Source: Lama glama (Eukaryota). Taken from it: a stretch of DNA of 64,000 bases. Numbering within the stretch: the first letter of the stretch is position 1; each line of letters starts with the position of its first letter. This document shows positions 22,000 through 33,870 of the stretch, in pieces. Position numbers and translations under genes: made by a program. The notes beneath the pieces are model-generated. The model made no database searches. It worked only from the letters and a program-made list of their open reading frames with translations, and was not told the DNA's origin. The DNA lies in NCBI GenBank assembly GCA_028534125.1, contig CM052831.1, forward strand, positions 682,001-746,000. Reading direction: 5' to 3'.

Positions 22000-24410
22000 T
22001 TTTTAAAATCAACTTTTTATAGGTACAATTTATGTTCAGTAGAATGCATTCTTTTTTTTTTAATTTCAGAAAGTGAAACTTCTTTATTTGGAATTCCACC
22101 TTGTATCACAATGGTTATTCAATAAATGTGAACTCTCCAACTCTTTTTCGTTAATCCACTTTAGGACTTAATATATAGACCTCTGATTGGCAGGAACACT
22201 GCCAACAAGTATGTTCCAAGGCCATCCTTTTTCAGCACGCGGTTCAGTGAGCTTTGATAAATGCACACACTAGTGAAGATGTGGGACAGTTTCAGCCCCT
22301 TTGCAGCCCACTCCTCCCCCAACCCCTGCAGCCCCTGTGCTCTCTCTGTCCCTGAAGGTCCTCTGCCCATTCTGTTCTCGAATTCCACATGAATGGGACC
22401 TGTGGCCAGTGCTTTTCTGCCTGGTGCCCTTAGCTCAGCTGTGGTGTGGGATGGCCCTTTCTCTTTAGTGCTGCCTGGTGTTTGGCTGTGTGAATGCAGC
22501 GGTTCACTGGCCGATGGACGTCTGGGTTGCTTCCAGTTTGGGGAAATTGTGAGAAAGCTGATGCGAAGGTTCACAGGCAAGTCTCTGCGTGGACGTACAT
22601 TTGCATTTTACCTGAGTAAGCACCCAGAAGTAGAGTTTCTGGGTCAAACAGCAAGTGCTCGTTTTGCTTTATAAAGACCGTCGCAGCTCCGTGCTGGCTG
22701 CACCAGTCAGGGCGGGAGGGGCCTGCGTGCCCCGCGTCTTCGCCAGCGCTCGGCTGTTGTCTGCCTTCAGCTCTTCTAGTGTCTGTGGAGGGCGATTCTC
22801 TGTAGCTCTGATTTGCGTTTCCTGGGTGGCTAATTACGCGCTTAACTTTTTAAAATAAACGTTTTTATCTTAGAAGAGTTTAAACTTACAGAAGGTCTGT
22901 GAAGATAGGGGGGCTCCCACGACCTCAACCCGATTTCCCGTGTTATGTTAGCACCTTCCGTGAGCACAGTACATCTGCCACAACTCACGGCAAACATCAC
23001 TACATTATTATTGACTGAAGTCCATGTTCCACTCAGCCTCTCTTGTTTTTACCTAATGCGCTTTTTGTATCCAGAACGCGCTGCACTTGGCTGGGACCGT
23101 TTCTCGGACTCTCCTGTTTTGGTGACTTGCACAGTTGGGGGAAGTGCTGGTCGGAGTATTGAAGGGTGTCCTCTGTTGGCCCTTGTCTAACGTTTTTCTC
23201 GTGGTCAGACAGGCGTACGTATTGTTGTGCGGAGGACCACAGGGGCAAAGGGCCCGTCCCCTCTGGCACATCCGAGGGCCTGCCTGCTGTCAGCCTGACG
23301 TATCTCTGCTGGTGTGGACCGTGACCACCTGGCCGAGCTCGTGCTGTCACATTTCTCCACGTGAGTGACTCTGTTCCCATGCCGAGCTCCTTGGAAAGAA
23401 GTCACTGTGCGGCCCACACTCAAGGAGACGAGAGTTCAGCTCCACTTCCCTGGGGTAGCGGGGTGTCTTCATAAATTATCTGAAATTCTTCTGTCCGGGA
23501 GATTCATCCGTTCCCTCATTTACTCCCGGGTGGACTCCTGGTGTTACTTTGTACTTTGGGCTGTAATCCAGCTCAGCGTGCACTGTCCTGTCACTCAGAG
23601 GCCCCTCTTTGTCACTGGCCCTTTGGTTGGCTCCTGTGTCCTCTTGACGTTTGAGTTTGCGCCCCTCCCGACGCTTTGCACCACCAGATGCTCCAGACCC
23701 ATCCTTTCTGGGCTCTCATGTGCATATTGACCATGACTATAAACCCTGGTGTGAAGCCCCGGCTCGGAACCGTTGCCATTTTATCCCTGGGTTGACGTTC
23801 GTTGCTGACTCTAGGGGTTCTTTATATGTGATGCACACACGTCCTTTGCTGGATATGTGTATTGGGAACACATCCTCCCCGTCTGTGCTCCCCTCTTCAT
23901 TTTCTTAATGGTGTATATCAGAGCACAGGCTGCTTTAATTTTACCGAAGCCCCATGTCTCAGGCGAGCTTCCCTGGAAGGCAAGTCTAAGAGAGAAGTCA
24001 GGGAGCGGGGGGGCTTGCCGAGGGGCAGCTGCCAGGGGCATAGGGGGGAAGGAGGCAGGACTGGGCCGTCCCGGTGCCCTGCTCTGCTGAGCCGGAGGAG
24101 CCCGCCGCTGTCTGTGGGGCACTTCCAGCAGCTGGGCTCAAACCCTTCATTTCTGAGGAAGGGTCCGGGTGGCAGGTCACAGTGCCGGTGCATAAAGGTC
24201 ATCAGCATTCTCTCACGGAGTTCCTGTGTTCTGTGCCCCAGCCGGGAGACCTTCGCCTGCGCCAGGGTTGGCTTCTTCTCTTCTGGTGCTTCCGTAGTTT
24301 CTGGCCAGTGACCCGTTTGTGCTCGTTTTCCCGTGGTGTGTGAGGTGCAGATTCAGTTTTGTGTTTCTTTGTGCAAATATCCAGTTGGCTCCAGTACCAC
24401 TTGCTGGACT
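22000..24410 (-). mobile_element. Nested old L1M 3' fragments
   Basis: 'gatggacgtctgggttgcttccagtttgggg', 'ctctgatttgcgtttcctg', 'gcaaatatccagttggctccagtaccacttgctg'. Confidence 0.7.
22052..22221 (-). pseudogene. Short retrotransposed mRNA 3' end (processed-pseudogene fragment, parent unknown)
   Basis: Minus-strand AATAAA (22088-22083) lies 21 nt before an A10 tail (22061-22052). Flanked by an imperfect TSD (GCATTCTTTT/CCATCCTTTT). Interrupts a contiguous L1M 3' UTR. Confidence 0.65.
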
Positions 24411-24619
24411 CAACGCTGGTTTTCTTCTTTCATGAAACTGGACGAACAGCTTTAAATTCTACTTGGAGGATTAATTATTATATAAGTAATTAATTGCAGA
24501 GGAGAGCGCTGGTGTGTTGAACCCCTCCCCCCGTCACAGTGGTAGATGTTGACAAGGGAGCAGGCAAAGCAGTGGATGAAAAGGGGTCAAAGGTGCGCAG
24601 TCACCAGCAGCGGGAACTA

Positions 24620-24810
24620 GCGCCCGCTGAGCGCTCACCCAGCGCCTGGCTCCCGCCCTCACACGCCCAGCGCTTCCGGCCAGCTCTCCGTGCAGACGTG
24701 CTGTTGTTCCCACTCTACAAATGAGGAAGCAGAGGCACAGGGCAGTTAGGCCACTGGGCTGCTGTGGACAGACTAGGACTTGGGCCTGACTCTCTTGTCC
24801 AAGAGCCCAG
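24620..24810 (-). mobile_element. MIR
   Basis: 'cccactctacaaatgaggaagcagaggcacagggcagttagg'. Confidence 0.7.
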
Positions 24811-24886
24811 GGTCTCGGCCGCCTCCTTAGATTGCTGACGCCTGTGAGGGAGGTTCATAGCCAACTGTGTTCCATCGGAAAAGGTG

Positions 24887-25480
24887 TGTGTTAGTTTCTG
24901 ATTGCTGCTATAACGAATAACTACACACGTAGGGGCCTGAGTTAGCACAAATGTGTGATCTTAGTGTAAAGTTCTGTTCTGTGTGCCCGCTCCCCCTACA
25001 AATCTGCCCGTCTCGGGTGTGGACCCCGTAACTTTGCCTGTCTGGCTCCAGTCGGTGGAGTTACCGCTTTATCCTCCCACTTCTCAGCATCTTTGGAATT
25101 CGACCTAGTGTTGCTTCTTTCCGGTTTCATTTTGTTTTAGTTCTTTGACGTGTTGATTGGATTTAACTATGTAACTGCCGTTATGCTGCTGGCCGTGCTG
25201 TCAGCACCTCGGTCACATGGTTGGGCTGTCAGTCAGTAAATGACGTCAGAGGCTGAGAAGAAAGGACTGAGGCCAGGTCTCACTGGGCTGGAACCGAGGT
25301 GTTGGTGGGGCTGTTTCCGTCTGGGGACTCTGACGGGAGAGTCTGTTTCCTCGCCTTTCCTGCTGCTTTCCAGAGGTGCCTGCGAGCCCGGCTCATGGCC
25401 CCCGCCTCACCTTCAAAGCCAGCAGTGGAGCGAAAATGCTCTCCGGTCCCTGCTGCTGGCTGACTGGGAGAGTGTGAGAT
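24887..25480 (-). mobile_element. MLT1D-like LTR split by a ~290-bp insert
   Basis: 24887-24976 reads 'tgtgttagtttctgattgctgctataac...agttctg'. The LTR resumes at ~25263 with 'ggtctcactgggctgg...cttcaaagccagca'. Confidence 0.75.
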
Positions 25481-26429
25481 GAGGAGGATTCGGGGGGTGT
25501 CCTCCACAGGCTGTGAGCAACACGTTTTCTTCTCCGGTTTTCAAAAAACAACTCCATGAAAAGTTTTTTCCATTAGTTTTTATGGACTCTTTTCAGGAAA
25601 ATCGTGTGTTAGGAAAAATTTCAGATGTATGTATGGAAAAGTAAAGAGAAGAGTGTGGTGACCCTGGGTACCCTCCCCCAGCTTCCAGAGTGACTGACCA
25701 TGGCCAGTCCTTCGTCTCTGCCCCGCTGCCCTCAGCCCTGGGTCGTTTTGAAGCAAGTCCCAGGCACCTGCCATCTGAACCCTAAATATTTCATGATGTA
25801 TCTCTAAAAGGAAAGGGCTCTTTTTATAAACATGGCGTGATGAGGGTGTTCAAATAAGATTCAGGAAATGCAGGGAGCAGCTGGGATGTGGGGCGGAGGC
25901 CTGGGGGAGGGGGCTGCTCAGAGGCTGAGAGGGAGGAGCGGGTGTGCTTGCCACTGGAGCTGTTACCAGTGGCTCCTGTTTTCTCTGCGGGGTCGCAGGT
26001 AAAGGCATCGCTGACACTGAGGCAAGGCGGAAAGAAAAATAACTGGGGACCCGCACGAGCTGTCACAACAGAAGCCCTCCTCAATCCTGGGGCTTTGTCC
26101 AGCCCAGGTTTACTTCCCGAGAAGGTAGTGAGGCGGGCGCCCTCCCACCGGAAACCTGTGTCCCCACGACACTTTCACTCCCATTTCCCCAGCCGGCTCC
26201 AGGCTCCTGGCTCAGAGCAGGTGCCGTGGTGGGGAGAGCCTGGGGAATGGGTGTGGCCCGACTTCCCACCCCGGGGACTGCAGGTGTACTCTGGCACTTT
26301 TAGCCACTTCATATACACACACACACACTTCTTTTTAAAAAGACCAGGTGCACCGGTGGGTTAAGGAGTGCTCTGTGTGTGTGTTGGGGCGGGGCTGTGA
26401 CAGCTGGAGTGGGCGCCGGGGCTGCGGTT

Positions 26430-26570
26430 CCCACCCTGCACTCCCGACATGTGGTCTCGGGCCAGTCACTGAACTCTGAGGCCTCCCTGATCCATCTGCA
26501 CGATGGAGACTGGTAATGGCATTCTTGTTACAGAGACTTTCTGAGGATGATTCGAAATAATGGGTGAAAT
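26430..26570 (+). mobile_element. MIR
   Basis: 'tgtggtctcgggccagtcactgaactctgaggcctcc...catctgcacgatggag'. Confidence 0.6.
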
Positions 26571-27499
26571 CAAGAAAATAGTGATAAAAGTGTTTGGAGA
26601 CAAGTCTTCACTGTGATTCTTACTAGCATATTTCAGTCATGTATCGTCTACCTAAGAAACCCAAGGATAAGAAAAAAGAGAAATCCTTAGTTACAAGCTT
26701 AAATGCAAGAAGCTTAATTATTTCTCATATACCATTAATAACCAGGAACATGGCCGAATGAGCCAGTGTGGCCGCTGCCCCCCAACATGTACACACAGAA
26801 TAGATACGGCGGAAATGGATAAACGCAGAGCTTGAAAGACAGAAAGGAGGTTCCTCTGGGTCATTAATAAAATAGCAGACGTCATAAATACTGGCTGGGA
26901 GGTAAACCTCAAGGGCAGCCAGGAGGGCCTAAGGCTCTCTCTGGAGCAGAGACTCTTCCTCTGCCCCCACAGCTGACAGCCGAAGTCAGGCTTTGGTTAG
27001 AGACCTGGGAACCTGGGAAACTGCCCCCAGTGACAGGGACACTAGAGCGATCCTGCCCGACAGCCGGACAGGCCGCGAAGCTCTAGGTGGACGCTCTAGG
27101 CTCCCAGTCGTGGTGCCAGGTCCCAGTTCACACTGAGCCAATGTCGCAGAAATTCTAAAGACGGAACAATTTTTTAAGATCTTATCATGAAGTTAATGAG
27201 GCTGACTAGCTAAAGAAAACAAAAATGTGCTCTCCAGCAGTATCCCTACAACACAGAGCATGAAACTTCTGAAAAGGGAAAGAACCCTGGTGAAGACGCG
27301 CTCATAAGGGGAACCCGCAGACCCCGAGGCCGGTCTCACTTTGTCTATACCAGCACCCCTGTCCGCAGCCCCCCACTCTTGAAGCAAACCCTGGGCATCA
27401 CGCCACGTCAGTCACAGATACTTCAGTGTATATTTCTGAAAGATAAGGACTCCAAGTCAACGATGGCACAGGGAGTCTCTGAGTGGGAGAGTCAGAGGG

Positions 27500-28350
27500 A
27501 AAAAAACAGGATGAACCAGCTTACCAAGAAATTGAAATAAGTCACTATGCTTCAAACTATTAATGAGATCAAATCAGGATAGAAAGCATGGGCCAAAACA
27601 GGGGAACACGAGAGCAGAGAACACCACGTTGATCTAAAGCTGAAGTGAACACAGCTTCCAGAAATACTCACTGATGGGTAAGGCTAAGGGGGTTTGCCGC
27701 CGTTTAAAGGCAAAGACTCAAACACCCTGCAGAGAGAGGGAAGAGCGGGAATGTGTGAACGAGAGGTCGAGCGACCTGGAGAGGGAGCGGGCAGGATGGG
27801 CAGACGCCTGACGGGAGGGAAGAACCAGAAATTGCAAGCAAGATAAGAAATGAATTTACACCCAAACGTTATGGGAGCGAAACTGCCAAAACCAAAGGGC
27901 AACGAGCAAAACCACAAAAGCAGCCAGACCTCTCAAAAGGAAAAGAAAATTTATTTATCTAAAAACAACTAGTGGGCCGACAGAGACGTCCTGTTGGCCG
28001 CAGCGGAGAGACGTCCGGGAGGAGTGGTGACACCCCCAGGGCTCAGAGGCCCAGGTTTCCCACCAGCCAACCGCCAGCCAGGAGCTAAAAAGGAGACGCT
28101 GTAAGAAAAAATACACGCAACATTTATAGCCACATGCAGACTCTTGCTGAAAGAGGTTCTAAAGGACGCTGCCTCACACACAAAGAAATTCCAGAGGAAG
28201 GCCTGAGATGCAAGGAGAAGCACGGTGAATAGATGATTGATAAACGTATCAGGGCACCCAAGGGAGACTCCAGCTCAAAAGAATTAGCAATGGCTGGGGC
28301 GGGGGCGGGTGGGCAGGGACTCACAAGTCCAACAGGGCTGAACTAACGGG
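27500..28350 (+). mobile_element. Old L1 ORF1 fragment
   Basis: A-rich ORF1-like text: 'gaaactgccaaaaccaaag', 'ctcttgctgaaagaggttctaaagg'. Confidence 0.6.
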
Positions 28351-30529
28351 CGCAGTGTGGTGGCGCGTGAGGCAGGCGTGCTCGGTGGCTGACGCCCCTT
28401 ACGCCCCGGCCCGTGAGCTCGGCTGCACACCTGAGCCTCTTGAGAAGCGGGCGGAACCTGGTGCCCAGGCGGTGATCCATGCTGGCAGATCGGAACCTCC
28501 GGGGGGTCCCCGGAGACGGAATCGCGTGCCGTCTCTCCGGCGACGCAGGGCGCAGTCCGTGCTGGCTCCGGCCTCGGCTGTCCTTGACGGCGCCCGGAAC
28601 GTCCCGGACGGCGCTGCTGTCCGTGCCCCACCCCGAGCTGCGCTGGAGAGGGACACGGCTCCGCGTCCTGGAGGAGGGAGCTTCCTCCCGCGTGCCGAGG
28701 CGGCGCCGGTCAGAGTCTGTCTGTCAGCACCCCAGCCCGGGTGTGCGAGCTGGGCGCTGGGTTCTGTTGAACGTCGTGGGCGCGGCGCAGGGCTGCTGCG
28801 GGGTAATCTGGTCTGCCACCAACCAAGAAAATGACAAGGACTTGGGGAGGGCAGGAAGGGCGGCTTTCAGCTGCTAGATGTGGCAAACACAGTGATTACA
28901 TGTTTTCCCTTAGAAGCACTTTAATATTCTTTCAGTACACACATAGGAAGAGCGCTGAAACGCTTTCCTCCCCAGTCTTCCCTGTGCATTGGCATGTGGC
29001 CCGTCTCTGGCTCTAGAAGAGATGTCAGATTAGCCTGGGGCCGCTGCTCCCAAATAGCGCTGGGGGTGCCACCGCAGGCAGAGGGATGTTGACGGGTTTG
29101 TCAAACAAACGCTGAAAACAGGGAGAACCCGCCGGAGCCACCGACCATGGCTCACCCATGGGTGGTGGGGGAGGTGGGGCCGCGGGGCTCCTCGCCAGGA
29201 GAGAGCGGAGGCGGGGTCTTTGCGGGCACCCAGTCTTGAATAAGCCACGGCTGCCCATCCCCACGACGAGGCAGGACAGTGTTCAGCCGTCTGAACATAC
29301 AGATCCAGCTGATCTGGAACATACACGGGCTCTTGCAGACCATTGAGGAAAAGGGGGAATTCAGTAGAAGAAAGAGGCAAAAATATGGGAGGGGCTGTCT
29401 GTTGAAGAGGGGCTGGGGCATGAGGGAGCGACACCCAACCTTCCAGTTATTCAATCAAGACATCAGTGAGATGCGACCACACACCCCCTCGGGTTGCAGA
29501 AGCAGAAAATTTGGCAGTACATGTGTCGGAGGGAAGGGGGTCAGGGAGCCCCGCACGCCGCTGGCTGGAACGTGAGCCAGTCTGGGTATTCTGGGGAGGA
29601 GCTGGTAGTCCTGAGTGGAACCAGCCTCTGGAACTCTGATCAGCGACCCGCCCTCCTGGACAACAGTCCTGGGGAAAGTCACGTGTGAATGAGAAGGCTC
29701 CTGCATCCCAGTGCTCTTCTGGGCTGGGGAGGCTGAGGCAGCCAACACTCACTGATGGGGAAGCGGGTGGACGGATAGAAAGAGAGGGCGGGTGTGTGCC
29801 AGAGGCGTGGGTCCAAGCATCAGGCTGGAAATATGGACCGAGCTGAGAACACTGCTGGGCGGAGTACAGTGAGACCCACCAGTCATGACCCTTCATGTAC
29901 ATTGAAAACACGTGCAAAAAGCAATAGTACCTATTCTTCAAAAGCTTTTGCATTTCTAAACGCACACACCAAACACACTGACTTGGACACCGGTGGGGGA
30001 GGGCTGCGGGGGGGAGGTAATTGAGGCCGAAGGGAAAGTGACCCCGAGAGATGAGCCTCGCGTGGGGTGGTGGTGAGGGCGGCTGTGATCTGAGGGGTGC
30101 GTTAACTCGCCCTTCTGCCCCTGAGGTCAGGTTTTAGATGTGACATAAAACAGGAGCCTTTTTGTGCGGCTGTGTGTGGGGTGCAGACGTGCAGACACGG
30201 CAGACCCTTCTCTCCCGGTCCGCCAGAGCGGCCACCCTTGTAGAGGTGACGTGTTTGTAAGCTCTGGTCTTCCTCTGGACCAAGCATTCCGCTTCATCGA
30301 TCTGTGTTTGACTCAGAACCCAGTTCTTTTAAGATTGTGACTTTGTGTGTTTTAATATTGGCTCCAGAAATTCACCTCTTGCCTTTCTTCTCCAGAATTT
30401 ACCCAGCTATTCCTCCTCTGTCATCCACGTGTTTGGGGATCAATTTTTTGTTTCGGAGGGAAATCCTACTGGAGGTTGTGAATTGTGTTAAAGTTAGTAA
30501 ATTAGCTAAGGAAGAGCTGACACACATTT

Positions 30530-33500
30530 TTAAATAAACTTTTAACTTTAGAGCCGTTTTAGGTTTACAGAAAAGCTATGAAGATAGCGCCTCCCCCAGG
30601 CCCCGCCCCATCCCCCCAGTACTGGCAGCTCATCTTTTCGCTCCGGTTCGTGTACGCTTGTTACAGTTGAGGAGGCGACGTCGACACAGTATTGTTCGCT
30701 GCAGTCCGCACCTGACTCGGGTTGCGCGGTTTCTGTGTGACTCTTCCTGTCCCGGGAGCCATGTTACCTCTTGTCAGCCCTCGACAGTCTGAGGGGCACA
30801 GGGACTTTGCAGAACGACCCTCAGCTGAGACGTGTCTGGCGTTTTCTCCTGACTGGCCTGCGATGGCGGGTTTCTGTGAGGAGGCGCAGAGGTGGGCTCC
30901 CACTTGTGTCACACCCTTTCAGGGCGGATTCTGCCCCCGCGACATCCGGTCGACATTGACCGTGATCGCCCGGCCAAGGTCCTGTCTGTCAGCTTTCTGC
31001 AGCGTGCAAGGTGCTCCCCCTGCCCTTCCTCACTGTCCTCTTCGGAAGGAGTCCCTGAGCACAGCCCTCCCTGAGGGCTTCGCTCCACCTGCCCGGGGCC
31101 TGAGTGTCCTTGTGAGCTGCCTGGTATTTCTGTGTGGGAAGTGTGTCTCCTCTCCCCACGGGTTTCTTCAGTCGACCACGTACTTACATTGGATGGACTC
31201 GCGGGTGTTTAACGTGTACTCTGAGTTGCAGTCCAGTGTGACACGACTTTGTTTTTCAAAGCTCCCAGCTCTGGCCGTTGGGAGCCCTTTCTATTGGCTC
31301 CTGCGTCCTCTATGAGCTCCCCCCGTTGTCACGGTAGGGTTTGGGTTTTGAGCACTTCCTTACTTCCGGACGCTGTGTGGTCTGGGCTCAGCTCCTGTAT
31401 TTGCTGCCCCCGTCCTAGAATCAGCCATTTCCCCAGTGAGTCCTGCTTCGTATTGTTTGAGAATGGTATTCGAGGCCGAGATCTGGGCTTTGGGCATGCT
31501 TACTGCTACTGGGGTGTCATTGCTTCAGTTAACAGAGCCGGCAGAGCTGGGAAACACGTGTGTCCGCACCCCTGTCTGTCTGTCCGCCATCTGTCCACCT
31601 GTATGTCCGTATCTGTGTCTGTCTCAGGCTGGCCATGAGTGCATACTGACATCGCCAGCACTACGGCGCGGTCCCCTGGTCTCCTCCAGTTGCTCGTCTG
31701 CAGGCCCCCCGTCCCCAGCCACATGCTCGCTTGCTGGCTCCGGCGCGGGGTGCTGTGGTCTCAGAGCTGTCCTCCTCCATCCCCCCGTGGACACTGCCTT
31801 ACCCACTGGAACCTGTGCTTGCGTGGAGCTGCTTTTCCCTTCAGCTGTTCGGTCTCCGCTCATTTCCAGAGCTGCTTGGGCCCTGCCTTTTTCTCTGTCC
31901 CCCTCAAGTAGGTTGTCTCGCACGTTTGTACTACAGCTGAATTGTTTTGTCACGTTCTGGATTCCACGTTGGGATCCCCTACATGACTTCGAAACTTAAA
32001 TGCATTAAGGGCATTCTTTGTGCTGTAAGATTCTGTGAATTTTAATAAATTTGTAGCATCACGCATCCACTATTATAATAACACGCAGAATCGTCTCACC
32101 ACGGTAAAAAAGTCTCAGCGATCCCGTCACCCCCAGCTCCTGGTAATTTCGCCGCGTCTGCATGTGTTCCCTTTCTGAAGCTCGTGTGGTTGGAGCCCTG
32201 CCGTGTGCTGCTTCTCCACGTGGGCTCCTGTCCTTTACCCGTACACGTTTCAGGTTCTTCCACGTCCCTTTGCGCCTTGGTAGCTCCTTTCTTTATTTAT
32301 TTTCTTTTAATTAATAGATTTTATTTTCAGCACCATTTTAGGTTTAAAGAAAGATTGAATGGAAAGTACAGAGTTCTCAAACGCCCCCTCCCGTCACCCC
32401 CGCAGGCCCCCTCACTGGCATCTCGGATTCGTGTGGTGGCTGAGTAGTGACCTGTCATCATTAACTAAAGTCCACAGTCTGCACTCGGTTCACCCCGTGT
32501 GGGACATTCCATGGATTCTGACAACATCTAATGTCATGCGTCCAGCATCACGGTTCCACAGAGACTCGTTTCACTGCTTGAAAGTCCCCCGTGCGCCCCC
32601 TCGCCCTCCCTCCTCCCGACCCCTGGCCACCACTGATCTTTCTGCTGTCGCCAGCGTTTTGCCTCTTCCAGAATGGCACAGAGCTGGACTCACGCGGTGT
32701 TAACCTTTTCAGCCTGGCCTCTCGCACTTAGCAACGAGCGTTTGAGACGTTCTTCCCTGTCTCTTCGTGGTTCGATGGCTGGTTTCTCTTTATTGCTGGA
32801 TGATGTCCCATTCTGTGGAGATATCACAGTTTATTTATCCACCACCCACTGAAGGACATCTTGGTGCTTCTAGGGTTGGCCAGTTATGAATAAAGCTGCT
32901 TAAACATTCATGAACAAGTTTCTGTGTAGGTGGGGAGGGTGTAGCTCAAGTGGTAGAGCACATGCTTGGCGTGCACCAGGTCCTGGGTTCAGTCCCCGCG
33001 ACCTCCTCTAGAAATAAAGTAAGTAAATGGACCTCCCTCCCCCCCCAAAACAAGTTTCTGTGTGGATCCACGTTTTTAAGTAATTTGGGTAGATACCTAG
33101 GAATGGCATCGCGGGATCGTTCAGCTTTGCCAGAAACGGCTGAGCTGTCTTCCGAAGTGACAGCGCCGTTTTGCCGTCAGCACGAGCGCGAGTTCCTGTC
33201 GCTCTGTGTCCTCGCCGGCACTTGGTGTTGTCTGCGCCCCAGAATGCAGCTGCTTTAGCGCGTGCGGCGGGGTCCTCTGCTGCCTTCGTTTTCGGCTCCC
33301 GAGGGGCGGATGATGGTGAGCATCTTTTCGCACACTTCCTGGTCATGCGCACTACATTCAAACACTGGGTGAGGTGTTTGTATCCAGAAACAGAGCCCTC
33401 CATTGGCTTTTTCCTACACAGTACAGTACATTTTTAGTAGCATTCTTCAAACTTTTGATAAATGATATTTTAAAAATTTTAATGGTTTCTGTCCCTGGTA

Positions 33501-33870
33501 TGCGTAGGATCTCTGGATGGCACCACCCCATTGGTTACTTACGTTGTGTAGAAAATCCGTTCACTTGAGAAGTTATGTGTTTATATCAAAGCCTCTTAAC
33601 TAAATCCTGTTATTTTTCTAAATTGTTGGGAAACATGAGAATATAAACATATCATCGGCAAGTATTTATAATTTTGTTTCTTCACATATAAGAGTCATAC
33701 CTCTTACTTATGGCTCATATGGAGCTGAAGCAGCTAGAAACTTCAGGCAAAGTTTCAATAAAAATGATGGAGACCAACATCCACACTTTATTCCTAATTT
33801 CTGTTCGCGTTTAGTGTGATGGCTGCTGATTTAAGATTGAGTTTCTGAGGCGGGATGAAAACAATCCTTG
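30530..33870 (-). mobile_element. Cluster of old L1M 3' and ORF2 fragments
   Basis: 'ttttaggtttacagaaaag', 'cctagaatcagccatttcccc', 'gtttatttatccaccacccactgaaggacatcttgg', 'catatcatcggcaa' (reverse complement of ADDM). Confidence 0.75.
32929..33048 (+). mobile_element. Vic-1-type tRNA-derived SINE (camelid)
   Basis: A box 'tagctcaagtggtagagc', B box 'gggttcagtccc', A-rich then C-rich tail. Perfect 15-bp TSD AACAAGTTTCTGTGT (32913-32927 / 33049-33063). Confidence 0.9.

Noticed and set aside
32929-33010. tRNA-like sequence (also at 44724 and 61720)
   Set aside because: These have TSDs and A-rich tails and degenerate cloverleaves, so they are SINEs rather than tRNA genes.
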